64,000 bases of DNA from Octopus vulgaris (lineage: Eukaryota): the NCBI GenBank assembly GCA_951406725.2, contig OX597834.1:43772001-43836000 (forward strand), read 5' to 3'. Shown piece by piece: positions 56,121 through 64,000 of this stretch. The first letter of the stretch is position 1; every line of letters starts with the position of its first letter. A program made the position numbers and the translations under genes. The notes under the pieces are model-generated. The model searched no databases and was not told the DNA's origin. It saw only the letters and a list, made by a program, of their open reading frames with translations.

Positions 56121-56343
56121 TATGTACGTATGTATGTATGTATGTATGTATGTATGTATGTATGTATGTATGTATGTATGTATGTATGTATATCAACTTT
56201 AGCTTTTATGCCTTCCTGGCGACCTACAATTTTTCCCATGTAATATTTCTTGTTTCTTCCACATGCATCTTTACTATGAAAAACATCTACGTACATTCAT
56301 TTATACATACATACATATATAAATGTGTATATATGTGGGTTGT

Positions 56344-56586
56344 GGAGGAGCGTGGCTTAGTGGTTTGGATGTCAGCATCATGATCGTAAGATTGTGGTTT
56401 CGATTCCTGGACTGGGCGACGCGTTGAGTTCTTGAGCAAAACACTTCATTTCACGTTGCTCCAGTCCACTCAGCTGGCAATAATGAGTAAGCTGCGATGG
56501 ACTGGGGTCCCGTCCAGCTGGGGAACACATACGCCATTGAAACCGGGAAACCGGGCCCATGAGCCTGGCTAGGCTTTAAAAGGGCG
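56344..56586 (+). mobile_element. SINE head B + tail C
   Basis: homologous to 35405-35648. Confidence 0.88.
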
Positions 56587-56726
56587 GATTTATTATTTAT
56601 ATATGTGGGGTGGGCATAGTGACGCAAAAAGGAAAAATAGAACTGAAAATATGAGTATATGTAGATTTTTATTAATATTTAGCAGAAGTGACAAAGTGAC
56701 TCGAGGCTCGATATTTTCGCACAACA

Positions 56727-56983
56727 GGAAAGCCTGCTCGCGAAATTAACATGCAAGTGGCCGAGCACTCCACAGACACGTAGGTCTCTGGGAGATTCGG
56801 TGTGACACAGTGTGACAAGGCTGGCCCTTTGAAATACAGGTACAACTTATTTTTGCCAGCTGAGTGGACTGGGGCTACGTGAAATAAAGTGTCTTGCTCA
56901 AGTACATAAGGGGTTGCTGGGTATCGAACTCACGATCTTTCGATCATGACCCGAATGCCCTAACAACTAAACCACGCACCTTC
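56727..56983 (-). mobile_element. SINE head B + tail A
   Basis: homologous to 5255 copy; tail matches family A. Confidence 0.85.
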
Positions 56984-57018
56984 ATCCGTTCATACATACA
57001 TATATACATACACATATA

Positions 57019-57248
57019 TATTTCTTTACTACCCACAAGGGGCTAAACAAAGAGGGGACAAACAAAGACAGACACACGGATTAAGTCGATTACATCGACC
57101 CCAGTGCGTAACTGGTACTTATTTAATCGACCCCGAAAGGATGAAAGGCAAAGTCGACCTCGGCGGAATTTGAACTCAGAACGTAACGGCAGACGAAATA
57201 CGGCTACGCATTTCGCCCTGCGTGCTAACGTTTCTGCCAGCTCGCCGC
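57019..57248 (-). mobile_element. SINE family C (tail F1), full length, in a TA/TACA repeat
   Basis: near identical to 32779-33009. Confidence 0.92.
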
Positions 57249-59036
57249 TTTCATACATACATAGATACATAGACATGCATGCGTCTACTACAGTGTGTCA
57301 TGAGGAAGATTTAGTTACTATTTCTCTCCGGTTTAAGTAGCTATCACTTTTTTCCGTTGACTTTTACATACAACTACTCATAAGACGGTAAGGGTGTGAC
57401 ATGGTGGGGGATTGGCTGCTATATCTGTCAGGTTGAGCGACCACGTTAAAGGTCCCCTTCGCTGGTTTCCATGTGACCAGTAAATTTACTCGCTGGCAAT
57501 CAATTGGAATCAAATCAAATATTATAAAAAGACAAAGAAAAAAAATTTTCCCGTTGTTGTATTCAAGATAATTCCAGTGTTTAGCGATTGCTGCGACATG
57601 GTAATTTTACAGAGCAAAACAACGTCTAAGACCCACCCTCACCGTGTTTCGAAGTCGTTGCGTTTTTAAGGATATATTTTGTTGGGAATTTTTGCAAGAA
57701 TTTTTTTTTATGTTGCGTTGAAGGAAAAACAAGGAAACAAAACTCACAAACCGTCATCGAGAGTGAGACATGCAGCGAGGTGGAGAAGAAAAACTACAAA
57801 TCTAAATATTAGGGAATTTTCTAATTATATTTTATTATTTTCATAGGAAGGGAGCTTCAATTATATTGTTTATTTTTTTAGGCGTTTTAAGGGAATTTTT
57901 TTCTCAGGAATTTTTTCTTGGGTTTGTGAGCATGTATGTGTGTGTGTGGGAGTCTGGGTCTTTTTATGGCAAATGGAATACTTCGATTTTGATTCTTGAT
58001 GTTTTCGGGTGTTTGTTTTTATAATTATGAATCGTTCTTTATTTTTATCTTTTTGTATTTATCGATTATCAACTTACTGATTGTCAACTCTACACATTTT
58101 CACACTCCACCAAGGAACCATACATTGATGGTTCACACTCGTACATACACACACACAGGCAAACATACATTCGTTCATATATCATGGACACACACACATT
58201 GACACGCAGCTCGTACGTTCACATATACACACCCATCACAAGCAAATGTGTGCGCGCGAGTCTAAATGTATATGTGCATATGTGTGTATGTACGTGTGTA
58301 GTCACGAGTTTTTGCTATTGCTATTTTTTAATTTTTTTTTTTTAGTAAAACATATCAATTTTGGTGTGTGACGACATTAAATGCTGAAATTGTAGCCTGC
58401 TTCGCATTGTCATATCATTATTGTTAACAACGACCTTGGCAAGACGCGAAGGTTACAGCTGGGAAAACGGTGGATTTATGTTCGGGGTAGTGGACTTTGT
58501 TAATGTAAGGGGTGGGGGGTGGAGTTGTGGCATTGGTGGTGGCAATGGTAGGGTTGAGTGTGGTCGTGAACATCAATTTTGATGGCAATCGGTAATAACT
58601 AGGGATTTCGTGGTGGATTCTTCGCCAACAACAAAAAATAATTTTTTTTTTAAAAACAAAGACAAATCTTTGCCAAAACGCATTCGATGAGAAATAATTA
58701 CATAATAACAGTAATAATATCGGTTATGATGATGATGAGAAAAATAATGAAGACGGTGATGATGATGATGGTGATGGTGATGGTGGTGGTGATGATGGTG
58801 AACGAGAAGGATCGTTCTTTTTGCTTCAAGAACAAAACAAAAGAACCAACAACGCAACAACAACAACAGTTTAAGACAATCGTAACGCCATAAATACAAA
58901 CCCGTCAAATGCTCAAACAAGCAAACAAATTCGGGAAGTGATGCGACGAGGGGCGAAGTGCCGATGGTTTTCAATTTAAAAACAACCGCTTATTACATGT
59001 TGTAATGTTCATTCATTTCTCATACATACTACATAC

Positions 59037-59183
<147 letters not shown>

Positions 59184-59444
59184 AATTTCTGTGTTTCTGG
59201 GTGAGGAGGTAAGTTTATGAAGGCAGACAGAACTAAGTTAAGTATAATTAAATGACAAAAAAAAAAAACGCACACAATAAAATATAATCGCGGAGAGAAT
59301 AATCGAAGGAAAAAAAGATACTATACAAATAACTCAAGCGTAAATACATATATATGTATGTGCGTATACGAATATATACGCATATATATGTATATGTGTG
59401 TGTATGTATGTATATATACATATATGTGTATATCAATTTCTCTC

Positions 59445-59491
<47 letters not shown>

Positions 59492-59493
59492 TG

Positions 59494-59536
<43 letters not shown>

Positions 59537-59768
59537 TTTGTTTATGTGTCATTGCTCGGTGCTAATGTTATTGGAAATTGCACACCTTCTTGTATATTTT
59601 AATTCCTTGTGGGTTTTTTCGCGTTTTTTTTTCTTTTATAATATTTTTTTCGTTTTTGCTTTTGATTATATATTTTTCTTTTTTTTTTCAAAAATGGCGA
59701 AAATATTAGTGTTGATGGAATTACATCTTGATCACAATCGAACACACTAACAGATGCATAAAGACACA

Positions 59769-59810
<42 letters not shown>

Positions 59811-60108
59811 CACACACACACATGCACACATACACACACACACTCACGTATAGAAGCAAAGATGCAAACAGACTCACAGATGAGCACATACATACAAAGA
59901 ATCTGTGCATTCATGCTTATACACAAATCCACAGGAAGATGTGAATACCTGTATAAGTGTGTGTGTGTGTGTGTTTGTGTGTGTGTCTGTGTGTGTACAT
60001 GTGTGTGTTCGTGTGTGTTTGTGTGCACGCACGTTCTCACCGACATACACGCTAAGCCCACTCTCTCTTACATTTTGTCTCTTACACGTACATATACAGA
60101 CATGTATA

Positions 60109-60452
60109 GGCGTAGACATGATTGTGTGGTAAAAAAGTTTGGTTTCCAGCCACATGGTTCTGGGTTCAGTTCCACTGTGTGGAATATAGGGGCGAGGGAC
60201 TTCTACTATGGCCTCCATCCGTGCAAAAGTCTCATGAGTGCATTTGGAAGAAGGATACTGAAAGAACCCCGTCGTGTATGTATATATATATATGTATATG
60301 AATTCCGCCGAGGTCAACTTTGCCTTTCATCCTTTCGGGGTCGATAAATAAAGTACCAGTTTCGCACTGGGGGCGATATAATCGACTCAATCCCTTCGTC
60401 TGTCCTTGTTTGTCCCCTCTATGTTTAGCCCGTTGTGGGTAGTAAAGAAATA
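60109..60452 (+). mobile_element. family D head followed by a 5'-truncated family C (F1) unit in its (TA)n
   Basis: D head 60109-60275; C unit 60300-60452 ending GGGTAGTAAAGAAATA(TA)n. Confidence 0.85.
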
Positions 60453-60464
60453 TATATATATATG

Positions 60465-60515
<51 letters not shown>

Positions 60516-60942
60516 CGAGGATGATGATGATGATGACGATGAGGATGATGATGATGGTAGTGGTGATGATGATAAGTAGAAGAACAGCAGAAACAAAAAA
60601 GAACAATAACAACTATCGGCAGCAGGTTATTTTATAAGAAAAATAATTACAATGAAAGTAAGTATACAGATAACGAAAACAGGGCATTAACTATGAGGAA
60701 GACGCGTTAAAAGAAGAGGAGGAAGAGGAGGAAGAGGAGGAAGACGGGGAAGATTTGGATTGAACCGAATATGGCCGATGTTTAAAAAAGAAATTCGAGG
60801 TGAGAAGTAACAAATAATATTAATCTCAGTTGTGAAGAAATACGTAGAAATCTAAAACCAAGTGAATGAAAATGAGAGTGGAATAGATTATTATTGTTGT
60901 TGTTGTTGTTGTTGTTGTTGTCGTTGTTGTTGTTGTTATTAT

Positions 60943-61446
60943 TGAGTGAGAGAGCAGTGCATGCCATCAAAGTGACATTGGGGTAAAATATACGAAGCCC
61001 AGTATACCCATCATGACTACACTTCTGATAAGGGTACACTAGGCACATGTATCATAACCATACATGCGCGACATGGTGACCTCATAACATTATAAACAGC
61101 ACATGACCTTTCAGGTGGGGCCCAGTTAGAATTTTCTTCAGGTCGAGGATCCCATCCCGCTCAAAAGGTCCCTGAATAAGGGTTGTTTAAGGATGTTGAA
61201 CAATACACCCATGTTTCCAGAGGTGAATTATTCCAGTCCGAAAGAATCCCTTTCAACACATGACTATGATGCTCCCCCACTACTTCTGCTCGTGATCAGA
61301 GATGCACATATCGTCAGCCACTAAGGGACATGCTCAACTGGTTAAGGTCAAACAACTGACAAGCAAATCTGTGGTATTGAGCAGAATATTTGCTGTAGCC
61401 CATCTTTTATACCAAGACAAAACAATGTACACGATAACACTTCCAT
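60943..61446 (-). mobile_element. dispersed repeat G, longer copy, between TTG/TTA and TCA/TTA tracts
   Basis: homologous to 22208-22533. Confidence 0.8.
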
Positions 61447-61492
61447 ATTATCATCATTATTATTATTATCATCATCAACATCATCATCATCA

Positions 61493-61547
<55 letters not shown>

Positions 61548-62357
61548 GACAGTACGCTGAAACATTGGGGTCGACCTATTCCACTAGCTCCCCCCACCGC
61601 AAATTTAAGTTTCTGTGACTGTAAGAGAAGGTATTAATTTGTCGTCATCGTCATCATCATCATCATCATCATCAGCACCATCATCATCATCATCAGCAGC
61701 AGCATCATCATCATCATCATCATTATTGCTATCATTGTTGTTGCTGTTCTTGCTTTTTTTTTTTTCTCCTTTTAATTTTAAAAAAAATTTTTAATTGTGC
61801 GTTAAAAGACTCTACTGGATGAAAATACAATCTTCTAATTTAAGTTTGTGATAATTTTTAAAGATAGAATTTGAATGGGAAACGATGTTATCATGTATGT
61901 GTTGAATTGAGCTTTTTGGTGTGGTGGAGGGGATGGAAAATAATTTTGATAATGCCACAACATCAGTTAGGATTAATATGACTGAAAATATTCCATCGTG
62001 ATATTATCTTGATAATGAGACCAAGAAAAAGCAGAAACGTCGATAGTGCAGAGAGATAGAGAATATTATAATTTCTCCACACTCGATCGAGTTGACGAAA
62101 CTCATTAGCTAACTAGAAAACCTTCTAATTATGTATTCAATTTATATAGCAATAAATGGAAAGAAAAATGGAAGACAATGCTGCTGGCTGCGAAAGCGTC
62201 GACAAACAAATACATGCTGTATTATACAGAGAAATAGGCGTCTGGAATTAAGAATGAATGTAGAAAGGGCATTTTATGGTGTTTATATGCGTTTTGGAAA
62301 AATGATTGTAAAAAACATGATTGTACCGATAAAACGATGAAAATAAATGATTTTCGT

Positions 62358-62497
62358 GGCGCTCCGTCGGTTACGACGACGAGGGTCCCAGTTGATCCTA
62401 TCAACGGAACAGCTTGCTTGTGAAATTAACGTACAACTGGCTGAGCATTCCATAGATTCGTGTACCCTTAAGGTAGTTCTAGGGGAGATTCAGCTGA
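62358..62497 (-). mobile_element. SINE tail A fragment
   Basis: GGCGCTCCGTCGGTTACGACGACGAGGG...AATTAACGT. Confidence 0.85.
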
Positions 62498-62502
62498 CGG
62501 AG

Positions 62503-62742
62503 AGTCTGTCCTTATTTGTCCTCTCTGTGTTTAGCCCCTTGTGGGTAGTAAAGAAATAGGTATTTCGTCTGCCGCTACGTTCTGAGTTCAAATTCCGCCG
62601 AGGTCGACTTTGCCTTTCATCCTTTCGGGGTCGATCAAATAAATACCAGTTACGCACTGGGGTCGGTGTAATCGACTTAATCCGTTTGTCTGTCCTTGTT
62701 TGTCCCCTCTATGTTTAGCCCCTTGTGGGCAATAAAGAAATA
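62503..62742 (+). mobile_element. headless family C dimer (F1 end + F2 unit)
   Basis: junction AAGAAATA|GGTATTTCGTC at 62558/62559. Confidence 0.88.
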
Positions 62743-62891
62743 AAGAGCTTGCTTCCCGACCACATTCTAAAGGGTTTAGTCTCAATGCGTGACACCATTT
62801 TTTCCATTCGAGTCAATGCAGAATTACTATAAGTATTTACGGAATATTGATTTAGTGTCGAGTAACATTTGGGCAACCGAGTATATGTATA

Positions 62892-62922
<31 letters not shown>

Positions 62923-63210
62923 CTTTCTGTCTGTGATTGTCCCCCCCCCCCACGTCCTCTACCACCATCACCGCTTGAGAACCGATGCTGGTTTGTTTAC
63001 GTCCCCGTAACTTAGCGGTTCGGCAAGAGTGACTAAAAGAGCGACTAGTCTATACACGTAGGTCCTGAGGTCGATTTGTTCGAATAGACCCCTTCAAGGC
63101 GATGCTCTAGCATAGCCGCAGTCAAATGGTTGGAACAAGTAAAAGAATAAGAGAATAGAAGAATAAGAGAATAGACGAATAAGAGAATAGACGAATAAAC
63201 GAATAGAAGT
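62742..63210 (+). mobile_element. SINE family D, diverged, with expanded 8/16 bp tail repeat
   Basis: GCTTGCTTCCCGACCAC head remnant; CCGATGCTGG...CCCCGTAACTTAGCGGTTCGGC; tail (GAATAAGA GAATAGAC)n. Confidence 0.75.
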
Positions 63211-63581
63211 ATAAAGGAATAGAAATACTGACAGAGATAAATGAAGATTGCATTTGTGGCAGTAATTCCTATGTTAATGTTGATGTATATGAAGAAAAGT
63301 CTTGAGTAGAAGGGAAAAGTGGAAACATGTGAGAGTCGAGGGTGAATGGGCCATAGGTGGGGTGGAGGAGGGTGCATGGAGTGGTGAGAGTGGACGGATT
63401 AGAGGTCGAACGATTAAAGAACGGCAATGGTTAGAGATGGTCGTAAATCTGATAGGAGAAGCTAGGATAGGAGGCTGGGGGGGATGTGGCGAACGTTACA
63501 GACACTGCCGGTGTATGTGTGGCTGGGGTGGGGGAATGACTGGGAGTAGAGTTTTATGGGGGTGTTGGGTAAACGGTGTAC

Positions 63582-63866
63582 AAGAAGAAGAAGAAGAAGA
63601 AGAAGAAGAAGAAGAAGAAGAAGGAAGAGAAGAAGAAGAAGAAGAAGAAGAGGGGGAGTGGAGGAGGAGGAGAAGAAGAAGTAGAAGAAGAAGAAGAAAA
63701 AGAAGAAGATGAAGAAGAGAAGGGAGAAGAAGAAGAAGAAGAAGAAGAAGAAGAAGAAGGGGAGGAGGAAGAAGAAGAAGAAGAAGAAGAAGAAGAAGAA
63801 GAAGAAGAAGAAGAAGAAGAAGAAGAAGAAGAAGAAGAAGAAGAAGAAGAAGAAGAAGAAGAAGAA
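63582..63866. repeat. (GAA)n/(GGA)n purine microsatellite
   Basis: directly visible. Confidence 0.97.
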
Positions 63867-64000
63867 ATATAATTATAAAAGATTTAGGAAAAATGTCCCG
63901 GAAGACAATTGAGAGGAGGAGGTATTTGAGGAGAAATTACGCAATTAGAAAATGTTAATTAAAAGGTTTCAAATAATCCATAAGTGAAATAAAAGAACTT

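Overview
Eukaryotic, AT-rich, extremely microsatellite-dense non-coding DNA (intergenic or intronic). Composition and SINE families suggest an octopus/coleoid cephalopod genome (inference, no database check). I can support no host protein-coding gene, tRNA/rRNA gene or CRISPR array; nearly all track ORFs are translations of simple repeats. The window is a retroelement graveyard. It holds at least five tRNA-derived SINE groups (working labels A, B, C, D, H) plus an unclassified repeat G, relics of R4/Dong, CR1, RTE, Penelope-like (PLE) and Gypsy elements, and mariner- and Tigger-type MITEs. The most interesting signals are: (1) minimal type-I hammerhead-ribozyme-like motifs in three unrelated repeats, including one at the 3' end of a tRNA-headed SINE and a two-copy variant with U at core position 6; (2) a SINE subfamily that joins the head of its own family at two recurrent, base-exact junctions, each tied to a particular 3' terminus; (3) a young Dong/R4 copy inside the (TAA)n just downstream of an old Dong relic; (4) modular head/tail swapping among SINEs. 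Coordinates were read by eye and element ends are approximate.
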